A stretch of 64,000 nucleotides of DNA, taken from Opitutia bacterium. GTDB taxonomy: Bacteria; Verrucomicrobiota; Verrucomicrobiia; Opitutales; T3Sed10-336. Both the position numbers and the translations under genes were made by a program. The DNA lies in the NCBI GenBank assembly GCA_003558065.1, contig PWMU01000007.1, positions 8,894-72,893 of the forward strand. The letters are read 5' to 3'. The notes below the pieces were generated by a model. It worked only from the letters and a program-made list of their open reading frames with translations, was not told the origin of the DNA and made no database searches. Shown here piece after piece: positions 48,695-57,902 of this stretch. How positions within the stretch are numbered: the first letter of the stretch is position 1; each line of letters starts with the position of its first letter.

Positions 48695-49924
48695 CTAAAA
48701 TGAAATTCCGACCGACCCGGTAAAGGCGTTTACGATCGCTTGATAATCCCCGTCCGCGGGACCTTCGTCCCCTCCGTCGCTGCCGCGCACCCGGCGTGTC
48801 GAGGAATAGCCGAATTGGTAGCCGAGATTCCAGCTCACATCACCGTTGCTCCAACCCACCCCGGCCATGCCAAGGTGCCGGTCGTCTTCGGGAACCGCAG
48901 GGGTGTAGTGATCGTCGGGGACCGTATTCTCACTGAACATATAGCCCACGCTGATGTGAAAATCGTTTTCAAAATACCGGGTGACGCCGGCTTTGTAAAC
49001 AATGCTTTCCTCCCATTGGAACACCAGTTCCTCGTCGCCGCTCTGGTCCCTACGCATCGTGACCGTGTCGAGGACGCTCCAATCCGTCCACTCGAGGTTC
49101 GCTTCGAGGTTCCAGTGTTCCCTGGGGCGGAAGGAGTATCCGATTACTGCGGATTTGGGGAACGGCAGATTGAGTGCGGCACGTTCTTCAGCATCGATCC
49201 CGGCGGCGGGAACGCGCGTGGTGGCGATGCCCTGAAGGGACGATCGCGTCGAACTGCGATAGGCGAGGCCGAAGGCGTGCCGCTCGGCCGGCGCCCAGCG
49301 CACTCCCAGAGTGTAACCGAAAAACTGATCCCTTCCGTCGAAGCGGAATTCGTCGCCGTTTGCGAGGGGATGGCCGGACTCGAAGATACCTTGCCGCAGA
49401 TCGAGCTGGGCGTCGTTGATAGTGAGGCCGCCGCCAATCGAAAGGGTCGGATTGATTTCCCAGGCGAGCACCGGCGTAATCTGCCGGTATTCCAGCCTGG
49501 ACCGGGTCGCGACGGTGCGGAAATCGGTATCATCGGGCCAGTCGTTCACCAACCCGAAGGGGGCATAGGCGCCGATCCCGAAGGTGAGCGGTGTGGTCTC
49601 GATCGGGACCGTAATGTAGGCGTTGGGCACAGCCTTGAAGCCGGCTTCGTTGGTGAAGCTTTCCCCGGTTTGGCTGCTGCGGTAATCGGCGTCGAAATCG
49701 ATCGCGTACACACCCGCCTGCATCGAGACGGCGGAGACCTGGGTGATGCCGGCCGGGTTGTAATAGACGGCGGCGGGCGTATCCGCTGTGGCCGCGAACG
49801 CATTGCCCCGCGCGGAGGCATGAGCGTCCATGTCGACCAATCGGAAGCCGAGCCCCGAGCCGGTCGTGGCGGAGGTTAAGAGAAGCAGCGCGGCCGCGGA
49901 GAATTGAATCGGCGTTTTTGTCAT
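48695..49924 (-). CDS. FadL/OmpP1/TodX family outer-membrane channel
   Basis: Signal peptide then GFRL...ASARGNAFAATADTPAAVYYNPAGIT hatch motif; APFGL; WTDWS; C-terminal Phe; ATG overlaps upstream TGA. Confidence 0.9.
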   Translation of the reverse strand: MTKTPIQFSAAALLLLTSATTGSGLGFRLVDMDAHASARGNAFAATADTPAAVYYNPAGITQVSAVSMQAGVYAIDFDADYRSSQTGESFTNEAGFKAVPNAYITVPIETTPLTFGIGAYAPFGLVNDWPDDTDFRTVATRSRLEYRQITPVLAWEINPTLSIGGGLTINDAQLDLRQGIFESGHPLANGDEFRFDGRDQFFGYTLGVRWAPAERHAFGLAYRSSTRSSLQGIATTRVPAAGIDAEERAALNLPFPKSAVIGYSFRPREHWNLEANLEWTDWSVLDTVTMRRDQSGDEELVFQWEESIVYKAGVTRYFENDFHISVGYMFSENTVPDDHYTPAVPEDDRHLGMAGVGWSNGDVSWNLGYQFGYSSTRRVRGSDGGDEGPADGDYQAIVNAFTGSVGISF

Positions 49925-51951
49925 GATAGTGGGAGGGTAGCCCGAATCCTGTTGGCGTGTTGTTTGTCCTGGGTGATCTGGAGTGAGCCTCCGTGCGATC
50001 GCAGAATTTTTTCCGCCACCGTGAGGCCGAGGCCGACTCCGACATTCCGGGTCGTGAAAAACGGTTTCAGGGCCTCTTCGGCGGCTTCCGGGCTGAAGCC
50101 GGCGCCCTGGTCCAGGAAGTCCACGGTGACCAGGCTGTTGCCCTCCGGGCCGCTCTTGATCTTGTTCCTGATGGCAATCTCGGGCGTTTCGCCTTCGGAT
50201 TGCAGGGCATTGAGCAGGATCTCCATGCAGGCGTACCTCAAGGTCGAAAGATCGCCCCGGATCCGGCAGTCGGCGAAGGACGGATCCCACTGGAGGATGC
50301 CGCCTTTTCCGCAAAAGTGACGCGCTTCGGCGAACGCTTGCTTCACCAGTTCTTTCAGGGATCCGGTACGATCGGTGCCGTTGCGGCTTTGCGAGAGGAG
50401 CAGCATCTGGTCGGCGAACCGCGAAATCCGCCGGATCTGGCGGTCCATGGTTTTGTCGAGGGAGTTCCGGAAGCCTTCTTTGTCGAAGTCGCTTTCGAGC
50501 AGTTGGTGATGCGTGCTCAGAGGAACCAGGGCATTGCGGATCTCGTGGGCGAAGCGTTCCGCGATCAGGGCAATGGTCTGGGCGTTGTGGGATTCGATCT
50601 CGACTTTCTTTGCCTTCTCGATCTGGGTGAAGTCTTCCATGAGCAGCATGGTGGCCGTTCCGGACTCGAGGTTTCGAGTCTGCAGGGGGAAGATCGAGAT
50701 GCGGAAGATGCGATTGTCGCCGGGAAAGTCGGCGAACATGAAAGGGGCAATGTCGTGCCCTTTCTGGACGACTTCATACAACTGGCAGGCGATCGTCGGC
50801 GGCAGGTCGGAGAATGCGACGGGCTCGTCCGGCTTTTTCTGCATGAAATCGTGAAGCGCCGGGTTGGCGTGCAGGACCTGCAGTTCGGGCGACATCACCA
50901 GGCAACCGCTCTTGAACTGGGCGATAACATCCGAAATCAATTCATGATTGCTGGCGAGCTCTTCATGAAGCCAGTTGTTCCGTATGGCCAGCCCGAGTTC
51001 CTCCATCAGGTGAAAAAGCAGTTGCAGTTCTTCGTCGCTGAAGTGCGCACCGGTGAGGCGGCCTCCTATGAGGGCGAGGCCCAGGCACCGCTCGCGGTCG
51101 ACGATGGGGATGGCGACTTCGCAACCGAGCAGTTCGAATTCCCGGTTGATCTCGTAATTCTCCTCGGAGAACAGATTGGTCTCGTAATCGGCTTTAAGAA
51201 TCTGGCCGCTTCGTGCCACCGTCCCGCCGATGCCGCCGGCCAGGTTGAGTTGAAAATACTGGAAGAGGTCGACTTCGATTCCTATCGAACAGATGCATTC
51301 GAGATCGGTGTCTTCTTCGTGCGGAGGCGTGAGACCCGGAAACGGCAGGTCGGGTTTCCGCAGCAGGATCGCCACCCGGTTGACGCTGATGACCTCGCGC
51401 AGCTTCAAAATGAACTGGTGAACAAAGGATTTCAGGTCGAGGGAGTACGAGAGGATGCGCGAGAAATCGCGCATGATCTCCAGCGCTGAGGCGGGCAGGG
51501 CCGGGCCCGGGCCGCGGGACGGGGGTGCCGGGACGAATGAGGCTGTGGCGCCGGCTTCCGGCCTGGTGACCTGCTTCGGCCGCGTTCCTACGGCCGGGCG
51601 CAGGTGTTTTTCGAGGATCCGGTTCACAAGCGGGCCGCGCAAGGGCTTCCGGAAAATGAAATCGGCCCCCTTCAGGTAGGCTTCCTCCTCCCAGACCGGC
51701 TCCTTCTCATCGGTGCAGATGAATAGTCCGACCGCCGGGGAGTTGCGACGTATAGCTTCAACGGCGCTGACGACGGACAGGTTCTTCAGGCCGGTATCAA
51801 CCAGGCAGGCTTCGGGGTGGGCGCTTTTCAGGAGGGGGAGGGCTTTGCTGAGGGAGGAGAGGGGGTGAAGGCGAAATTCGTTCTCGGGAAGAAGCACTTT
51901 GAGCGATTCCTGGAAACCGCTGTCTTCAGTTATGACGAGGATATGAATCAT
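49921..51951 (-). CDS. Soluble hybrid sensor kinase (atypical REC - GAF - PAS-like - HisKA - HATPase)
   Basis: N-terminal REC (CLVD, GADFIFRKP), GAF-like VAIPIVDRE..LGL...FSDEELQLL, AHEIRNAL, LLNALQ, DQGAGF, PFFTT, GVGLGL; no TM helix seen. Confidence 0.9.
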   Translation of the reverse strand: MIHILVITEDSGFQESLKVLLPENEFRLHPLSSLSKALPLLKSAHPEACLVDTGLKNLSVVSAVEAIRRNSPAVGLFICTDEKEPVWEEEAYLKGADFIFRKPLRGPLVNRILEKHLRPAVGTRPKQVTRPEAGATASFVPAPPSRGPGPALPASALEIMRDFSRILSYSLDLKSFVHQFILKLREVISVNRVAILLRKPDLPFPGLTPPHEEDTDLECICSIGIEVDLFQYFQLNLAGGIGGTVARSGQILKADYETNLFSEENYEINREFELLGCEVAIPIVDRERCLGLALIGGRLTGAHFSDEELQLLFHLMEELGLAIRNNWLHEELASNHELISDVIAQFKSGCLVMSPELQVLHANPALHDFMQKKPDEPVAFSDLPPTIACQLYEVVQKGHDIAPFMFADFPGDNRIFRISIFPLQTRNLESGTATMLLMEDFTQIEKAKKVEIESHNAQTIALIAERFAHEIRNALVPLSTHHQLLESDFDKEGFRNSLDKTMDRQIRRISRFADQMLLLSQSRNGTDRTGSLKELVKQAFAEARHFCGKGGILQWDPSFADCRIRGDLSTLRYACMEILLNALQSEGETPEIAIRNKIKSGPEGNSLVTVDFLDQGAGFSPEAAEEALKPFFTTRNVGVGLGLTVAEKILRSHGGSLQITQDKQHANRIRATLPLS

Positions 51952-51978
51952 TTCGTGCGGTTGGAGAGAGCCGATTTT

Positions 51979-52007
51979 TTAATAAATGGTTTCTATCCAT
52001 AGTGCAA
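51979..52007 (-). promoter_or_regulatory. Putative sigma70 promoter for the kinase-FadL-kinase operon
   Basis: Minus strand TTGCAC-N17-TATTAA in an AT-rich 76-bp gap. Confidence 0.45.
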
Positions 52008-52027
52008 CACTCGTTCTTGGCGGACAT

Positions 52028-53272
52028 TCACTTTGTGTTGACCCTGCGAAGAATCAGGCAGGCGTTGCTGCCGTCCAAGCCGGCGTTCAGGTTGACCGCG
52101 ACCTCGACCGGATAGCGGCGTTCCCTCAGCGGGACAAAATCGAGATTACATTCCAGGTCGGGCGTGTGGAGGTTGATCGTCGGGGGGATCGCCCGGTTCT
52201 TGATCGCCAAAGCACAGATCACCGTCTCGACCGGCCCGGCCGCCCCCGCCCAGTGACCGGTGACCGGCTTGGTTGAGCTGATCTGCAGGCGCTCGGCGTG
52301 GGAGCCGAATGCCTTCTTGATAGCGAGCGTCTCGGCGAGATCATTCTTCGCGGTCGCGGTCCCGTTTGCATTGAGGTAATCAACCTTTCCGGGATGGACC
52401 TTCGCGCGATGCAGCGCCTTTTCAAGCGAACCGAACTGCGGCAGGTCCTCCGGGGTGCCGTTGGCGCCGTCGAAGCTTCGACCGTGCGCCAGAATCTCCG
52501 CGTAAATCGGCGCTCCCCGGTTCAGGGCGAACGACAGTTCTTCGATGACCAGGAAAGCCGCCCCTTCCCCCAGGATGAACCCGTCCCGATTTCCGGCGAA
52601 CGGTTTCATGGCACGGGCGGGTTCCTCGGTTTCGCGACTCAGGTGGTGCGAGGCGCAAAGGATCCCCCACAGTCCGGCGGTTATCGGCGCCCCGCCCGCG
52701 CCGGCCACCGCGACATCGGCGTCGTCGTCCCGAATCAAACTGAATGCCTGTGCGATCGTCTCGGTGCCGGTGGAAGCGCCGGTGAGTAAGGTCTGGGTAT
52801 GGGCGCTGATTCCCAATTCATGGGCGATCGCCGCAGCGGAGCCCCCGGCCTGGGCGTTGAGCAAGGCGCGGAGCGTCCCGTTGTTCCGCCCCTCGCGTCC
52901 CGAAAATTCTTCCACCGACTGATCCTGTTGGCCCCGCCCCGGTGTCGAGCCGGCGACGATTCCGATCCGGTCGGGGGAGACGCGGCTCAGGTCGATGGCC
53001 GCGTCGCGTGTCGCCAGCCTCGCCGCGGCAATTCCGTACTGCGTGGCGGGGGGCGTGCTGTTGGCCAGCGCGGGGGCCAGATAGTCCGCCGGATTAAAGC
53101 CGCGCAGTTGGCAGGCCACTTTGGACGGAAGGCCGGAGGTGTCGATCCGGCTGACGAAGGACGCCGCGCTTTGGCCGGTGCGGAGATGGGCCCAGAAGGT
53201 GTCGAGGTTGAAACCGTTGGGGGCGATAACTCCGATTCCGGTAATGACGACTCTTCTGTTCCAGGATTCCAT
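52028..53272 (-). CDS. FabF-like beta-ketoacyl synthase homologue lacking catalytic Cys and first His
   Basis: RRVVITGIG, MKPF..NRDGFILGEGA, STKPVTGH, IPPTINL; TGA166STG replaces TACTSG and YLNAN303GT replaces YVNAHGT. Confidence 0.9.
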   Translation of the reverse strand: MESWNRRVVITGIGVIAPNGFNLDTFWAHLRTGQSAASFVSRIDTSGLPSKVACQLRGFNPADYLAPALANSTPPATQYGIAAARLATRDAAIDLSRVSPDRIGIVAGSTPGRGQQDQSVEEFSGREGRNNGTLRALLNAQAGGSAAAIAHELGISAHTQTLLTGASTGTETIAQAFSLIRDDDADVAVAGAGGAPITAGLWGILCASHHLSRETEEPARAMKPFAGNRDGFILGEGAAFLVIEELSFALNRGAPIYAEILAHGRSFDGANGTPEDLPQFGSLEKALHRAKVHPGKVDYLNANGTATAKNDLAETLAIKKAFGSHAERLQISSTKPVTGHWAGAAGPVETVICALAIKNRAIPPTINLHTPDLECNLDFVPLRERRYPVEVAVNLNAGLDGSNACLILRRVNTK

Positions 53273-53401
53273 GTGGGTTGAAGATTCGTGCCTGATTCGG
53301 GTGAAAGGTTCCTGAGCGGCTTGAAACGAGGCGACTTGGTCCAGATAAATTCATTTGGCTGAAGAATGCCCGAATTCGCGAGCCAATAAAAGGCGGAGTG
53401 C

Positions 53402-54187
53402 CTAATTTTTTTGAAGGGGTCGCAGCCCGAGGCTGCCGAAGGCCAGAACGCTTCGGCTGACCGCCCCTTTCTTCAGGCAGGCGATGTCTGACAAGCTCTC
53501 CTGCCCGTCTTCATCCGGAAGTTGGAACTGGAAGCGGAAAAGGCCTCCCGGGGTTTTCCGATAAAGGCTGCCCGGGTTGAGCCGTGCCGGGACGGTTTCT
53601 TCGAGGGGGGTGTCGGGACGGGTGGGAAACGGAAAGTTGAGGTTGTTCACTTCGGTCCGCGGGTTGCCGGTCGAAGCGAGTGTTCCGGCAAACCGGGCTG
53701 AAATCGCGGCGGCGGCCTCCAGCGACGTGCGGGTTTCGGGATCCAGTGCGTTCGGGTCGGCCTTGAGTCGCTGAAAGGCTTCCGCCGGAAGGTGCTGGGA
53801 AAGGGCGAGAGCGGGGATTCCCAACAGCGCCCCTTCGAGTGCGGCGGCCACGGTTCCGGAATTCAGGATGAGCGGCAGGCCCGCGTTGAGGCCGATGTTG
53901 ATTCCTGAGACAACCAGGTCGGGGCGATTGGGCAGCAGATGGGCAATCCCCAGATTGACGCAGTCGGACGGAGTGCCGTCGACCGCCCACGCGGGACAGG
54001 GAAAGGTCTCGATTCTCCGGACGGCCACATCCCGGTACCGGCTCATGGCTTTCCCGATCCAGCTCTGTTCATCCGCCGGCGCGACTGCGCAGACATCGGC
54101 AACCTCGTTCAGCGCGAGCACCAGCTGCCGGAAAAACGCGGCGTCGACGCCGTCGTCGTTTGTGACCAGAATGGTGGGAGGCGGCAT
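53402..54187 (-). CDS. surE: 5'/3'-nucleotidase SurE
   Basis: ILVTNDDG, GTPSDCV, DLVVSGINIG, SGTVAAALEG. Confidence 0.94.
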   Translation of the reverse strand: MPPPTILVTNDDGVDAAFFRQLVLALNEVADVCAVAPADEQSWIGKAMSRYRDVAVRRIETFPCPAWAVDGTPSDCVNLGIAHLLPNRPDLVVSGINIGLNAGLPLILNSGTVAAALEGALLGIPALALSQHLPAEAFQRLKADPNALDPETRTSLEAAAAISARFAGTLASTGNPRTEVNNLNFPFPTRPDTPLEETVPARLNPGSLYRKTPGGLFRFQFQLPDEDGQESLSDIACLKKGAVSRSVLAFGSLGLRPLQKN

Positions 54188-54251
54188 GTGCCGTGACGGG
54201 GTCGGCTGGCAGCCGGTCGGACTTCGGCGGTAGCCTAAGCCCGACAGACTC

Positions 54252-55469
54252 CTAGTTTTCGATTCGCACCTCCGGGGGGTTCGCGTAATCGTTCCAGAGG
54301 CGTTCCAATTCCGTTGCGTCGGCTTCGCCGTCCATCACCGCGAAACGGTAGCGGGCGGTATAGGGGGAGTCCGGCGTGATCTCCCAGTCGCCCAATTGGG
54401 AGGGCGCATAGCAGAAGAAGGGTTCGCGGGGATGCAGGCGAACCGGTTGCGGGAAACGGAAGTTGTCGGGATGGCAGAATATGGCGATGCCCGTTCGTTC
54501 GCCGTCGACGTCGCCGCTGATGTGCGTCCAGCGGGTTCGTGTGCCGTTGCCTTCCCGCCGGTCGGTCTCGCCTTCGGATGTCAGGAAGTGGGTGTTCTCT
54601 TCGCCCACCCAGTCCTCGTGACCCCGGAATCCGAGACCGCCGTAGTGATGCTCGACCAGAATGAGCGGGTCGGGGGTCGCGGTTTCCTGGTGTGATTTGA
54701 GATCGAAGAGCCGATACTCCCTCTCGGCGTCAGCGGTCTGGTAAAGGGCGACTTCCCAGGTCTCGTTCAGAGCGACCACCGGCTCGTCGCCCGACAGATC
54801 CAGAAACCGGTGACGCGACCGGAAGCCGCCATGCACCGGACCGCTCCAGGTCTTATCGATCTCTTCGAACTCGACCTTTCCGGTTTCGGAGTGCATGTTC
54901 CAGAAGTCGGGAGAGCGTCCCTGAAATCGCGTGCGTGTCCACGGAGACCAGATGCCCTGGTGGTGGGTGTGACGCTCCGGATAGCTGGCGGTCACGGTTC
55001 GCCCGGAAGGACTCAACACCGGGTGCAGGAAGCCGCCGCGCTTGAGGACGGGGTTGATGTCGGGCCTGGGGAACGGCCGCTCTTCGGCCTGATAGTACAG
55101 AGCCGGCGTTCCGTGGACCGTGAAACGGAGGCGCCCTCGGTCTTCAACGACTTCAACCCAGGGGCTGACGTTGTCGGTCGGGGCTTTCCCGGCCAGGCGG
55201 AAGGTGGCTTTCGCGCCTTGTTCCAGATAGGGAAGCAGGAAAGCAGCTTGACCGTCCTTCGAAACCTGGAGGGGGATCCGCTTCCCGTCCGCGTTTTCCA
55301 GGGCGCGGGAGTCACGGGCTCCTTCCGGGAGCTCGAAGGTGACCACGGTGTCGCGCCGTTCGTAATCCCCGGCTGAGACCGTAATTCTGAGCGATTCCGC
55401 CGAAAGGAGACAAGCGGGAGCGACGGCCATGGCAGCAACGGCGAGCGAAGTGAATGTGGAGTTTCGCAT
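54252..55469 (-). CDS. Secreted DUF6807-like protein (family often mislabelled PmoA)
   Basis: Signal peptide; RGGFLHPV, HTHHQGIW, DFWN, HYGGLGFRG, HPDNFRFPQP. Confidence 0.75.
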   Translation of the reverse strand: MRNSTFTSLAVAAMAVAPACLLSAESLRITVSAGDYERRDTVVTFELPEGARDSRALENADGKRIPLQVSKDGQAAFLLPYLEQGAKATFRLAGKAPTDNVSPWVEVVEDRGRLRFTVHGTPALYYQAEERPFPRPDINPVLKRGGFLHPVLSPSGRTVTASYPERHTHHQGIWSPWTRTRFQGRSPDFWNMHSETGKVEFEEIDKTWSGPVHGGFRSRHRFLDLSGDEPVVALNETWEVALYQTADAEREYRLFDLKSHQETATPDPLILVEHHYGGLGFRGHEDWVGEENTHFLTSEGETDRREGNGTRTRWTHISGDVDGERTGIAIFCHPDNFRFPQPVRLHPREPFFCYAPSQLGDWEITPDSPYTARYRFAVMDGEADATELERLWNDYANPPEVRIEN

Positions 55470-55502
55470 GACAAGCTTTTATGCCGCAAGCACAAGTGTT
55501 CT

Positions 55503-55847
55503 TCAAGGGAATTCTCGGGGATCGCGTTCGGTTGTGTCCAAAGTCGAACACACTTGCAACAGACCGCGAATCTCTTCTTCCGGACCTTCGTGGTGCTGTT
55601 CTCCGGCCAGTTTCAGGGCGGCATCCAGGAAGGGGCGGGCGCGATCCTTGCGGCCCAGTTCGAGGTAGGCTTTTCCCAGCAGGATCCTCGGAACCATCCA
55701 TTCCGGTTTCTTTTCGGCGCAAAAGGTGAGGGGGACGATCGCTTCGGCGTACTGTTTTTCCGCGAAACAGGCCTGGCCGAAGCTGAACTGAAAAAGCTCG
55801 TTGTCAGGGTCCTTTTCCACCCGTTTTCTGTGTTCCGACAGGTTCAT
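55503..55847 (-). CDS. Small tetratricopeptide-repeat protein
   Basis: DPDNELFQFSFGQA..A..PL....KPEWMVPRILLGKAYL. Confidence 0.8.
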   Translation of the reverse strand: MNLSEHRKRVEKDPDNELFQFSFGQACFAEKQYAEAIVPLTFCAEKKPEWMVPRILLGKAYLELGRKDRARPFLDAALKLAGEQHHEGPEEEIRGLLQVCSTLDTTERDPREFP

Positions 55848-55849
55848 GG

Positions 55850-56557
55850 CTAATCAATGAAGACAGCGACAGCGGTGGCGTTGTCACGGCCTCCGCGTTC
55901 GTTCGCAAGGTCCACCAGTTCCCGAACGATGCTCTCCGGTGTGGCCGCCGCGAGCATGCGCGGGTGGATTTCCTCCGCGGTAATGGCCAGGGTGATACCG
56001 TCGGTGCAGAGGAGCAACCGGTCCCCGGAAGCCGGCTGGTAGGCGTAGGTGTCGATCTCGAGATCCTCGATCTGTCCCAGGCAGCGGGTGAGAACGTGGC
56101 TGTGCCGGCGCGGGATGGGCACCAGGGGATTGTAGTCGGGACGGTTCCGGATTTCCTCCTCCAGGGTGTGGTCCCTGGTCAGTTTTTCGAATCCGTCGGA
56201 ACGAAAGCGGTAGACGGCGGTATCACCGACGTGGGCGATATCGAGTGACTCTTCGCCGAGCGCGACCGTCGTCATCGTCGTGCCGATTCCCGTGTCCGGA
56301 CTCAGACTTTTTCCCAGCAGCAGGATCTCGAGGTTCATTTTCCCGAACAGCGTCTTCATGTTGAGCAGAACGCGTCCCCGGCCGAGTTCCTTTTCCAGTA
56401 GCTCAACAGTCAGTTGGCTGGCGCGCGCTCCTTCGGGAAGTCCCCCCAGCCCGTCGGCAACGGCGAATACCGACTGACGTTCGTCGATCAGGTACGCGTC
56501 TTCGTTTCGTTCGCGAACGCGTCCGATGTCACTCAAGCCGTAACTGCTGACATGCAT
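55850..56557 (-). CDS. PP2C-family Ser/Thr phosphatase
   Basis: GRVRERNED, VADGLGG, HVGD, LTRDH, LLCTDG, GGRDNAT. Confidence 0.94.
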   Translation of the reverse strand: MHVSSYGLSDIGRVRERNEDAYLIDERQSVFAVADGLGGLPEGARASQLTVELLEKELGRGRVLLNMKTLFGKMNLEILLLGKSLSPDTGIGTTMTTVALGEESLDIAHVGDTAVYRFRSDGFEKLTRDHTLEEEIRNRPDYNPLVPIPRRHSHVLTRCLGQIEDLEIDTYAYQPASGDRLLLCTDGITLAITAEEIHPRMLAAATPESIVRELVDLANERGGRDNATAVAVFID

Positions 56558-56573
56558 TGAAGATCGACTTTCT

Positions 56574-57902
56574 TCAGTCGTTCCCTTCGACCGTGTCGCC
56601 CACGTTGACGAAACGGTACTCCCGGTCGAGCCGCAGGATCACGCCCCGCTCTTCCACTTCGTAAAGGGTGACGCCTTCGATTTCATCCCCTTCGGCGATC
56701 AGCTCGCCGTTGATGATCGCCTCACCGGTTGCGAGCAGGACCCTCTCTATGTGGAGCCTGGGCCAGCCGTTTTCTTCGTCCGGTTCGGCCGGAACGGGCT
56801 CGCCGGGTTCAGCCGGTTCCGTCCTTTCGGGATCCTCCGGTTCCGCCATCGCTTCTTCAGCGGTTTCGCGGATCCGTTTGACCTCATCGGCGGAAACGGA
56901 GAGCGACAGGAGCAGCCGGGTAGCGTCCGCGTCCGCGCGCAAGTCTTCCAGAAAAGCGGGGGGGTCTTCCATTTGCCCGCCGGCAGTCATGTGAAGCATC
57001 GGCAGAATTTCCTCGTTCAGCGCTTCCTGCAGCGTTCGGGCGTCGTTCTCATTTCCGAGCTCGACTACCAATTGCAGTGCCAGTGAACTGTCGGCCCGGA
57101 TTCCCATCGAGGCGGTCCTGAGCGACGCCAGGGCCGCGGCCGCGGGCCCCAGGGGAACAGGAGACTCCTCGAGGCCCTCCCGCAGCCGCGACTGTATCCG
57201 CGGGCTGAGCGCGGCAACCAGCCACGCCTGGCTGCCCTCGGCCAAATGATCCTTGCTCTCTTGAATGGCCTCGGGAAGCTGGGTCTCCCGGCGCGAATCG
57301 AGTTTCTCGAGAGTGGCGCGGAGGGAGTCGTAGTCCCCGAAATACAGCGTTGAGCCGTCCTCGCCGTGTTCGAAGAGGGCCGCGCTTACGGTGAGTTCCG
57401 TGTCCGGCACCGGGAACTCCAAAACCGGGCGGTCGCCGATTTCCGAGCGGCGCAGAGCCCCGCGCTGATCTTCATCGAGCACTTCGTTCAGGGCGTTTTC
57501 GAGACGGTCGAGGCTGAGGGAAGTCCGGAGCTTGAGGGCGCCGGCAAGCCCCGCACGTTGCGGGTTGTTTTGCGGGAGGGCCTCGAGATCCCTTATCGAT
57601 AGCAGGCCTTCAATCACGTCTTCCCGCCGGATCCCCAGGGCTTCCCGGAATCGATTCAGCTCCGGCGGGACCGTTTGCCGCATGGAATCGTCGTCGCCCA
57701 CGTTCCGGGCGAATTCCGAGTTCTCCATGTCCTGGAAATGAACGTACAGGACCAGTTCGGAGTCGTCGAGCGCGGCCGCTTCAACCGCGCCCTCGGGGGA
57801 GGTGAAAAAGTAATAGTAAATACCGTACCCGAGCCCGCCAAGGGCCACCAGGAACAGGAGCAGGAGGAACGCGTCCAGCAGTTTGTGTTTTCTCGTCTTC
57901 AT
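56574..57902 (-). CDS. Membrane-anchored protein with GspB/PilP-like C-terminal domain
   Basis: N-terminal TM; Pro/Glu linker; C-terminal AIINGELIAEGDEIEGVTLYEVEERGVIL resembles GspB-type beta domain. Confidence 0.65.
   Translation of the reverse strand: MKTRKHKLLDAFLLLLFLVALGGLGYGIYYYFFTSPEGAVEAAALDDSELVLYVHFQDMENSEFARNVGDDDSMRQTVPPELNRFREALGIRREDVIEGLLSIRDLEALPQNNPQRAGLAGALKLRTSLSLDRLENALNEVLDEDQRGALRRSEIGDRPVLEFPVPDTELTVSAALFEHGEDGSTLYFGDYDSLRATLEKLDSRRETQLPEAIQESKDHLAEGSQAWLVAALSPRIQSRLREGLEESPVPLGPAAAALASLRTASMGIRADSSLALQLVVELGNENDARTLQEALNEEILPMLHMTAGGQMEDPPAFLEDLRADADATRLLLSLSVSADEVKRIRETAEEAMAEPEDPERTEPAEPGEPVPAEPDEENGWPRLHIERVLLATGEAIINGELIAEGDEIEGVTLYEVEERGVILRLDREYRFVNVGDTVEGND

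Noticed and set aside
49925-50314. 130-aa N-terminal extension of the FadL ORF (track start 50314)
   Set aside because: Overlaps the kinase HATPase coding region; the signal peptide begins at ATG 49924.
52028-53272. Type II PKS or aryl-polyene cluster
   Set aside because: No active ketosynthase, ACP, reductase or cyclase adjacent.
53280-53296. Sigma54-like AGGCACGAATCTTCAA upstream of the ketosynthase homologue
   Set aside because: Lacks the -12 GC dinucleotide and lies too close to the ATG.
54252-55469. Methane monooxygenase (PmoA) interpretation
   Set aside because: Soluble secreted protein with no pmoC/pmoB neighbours or multi-TM profile; the family name is a known mislabel.
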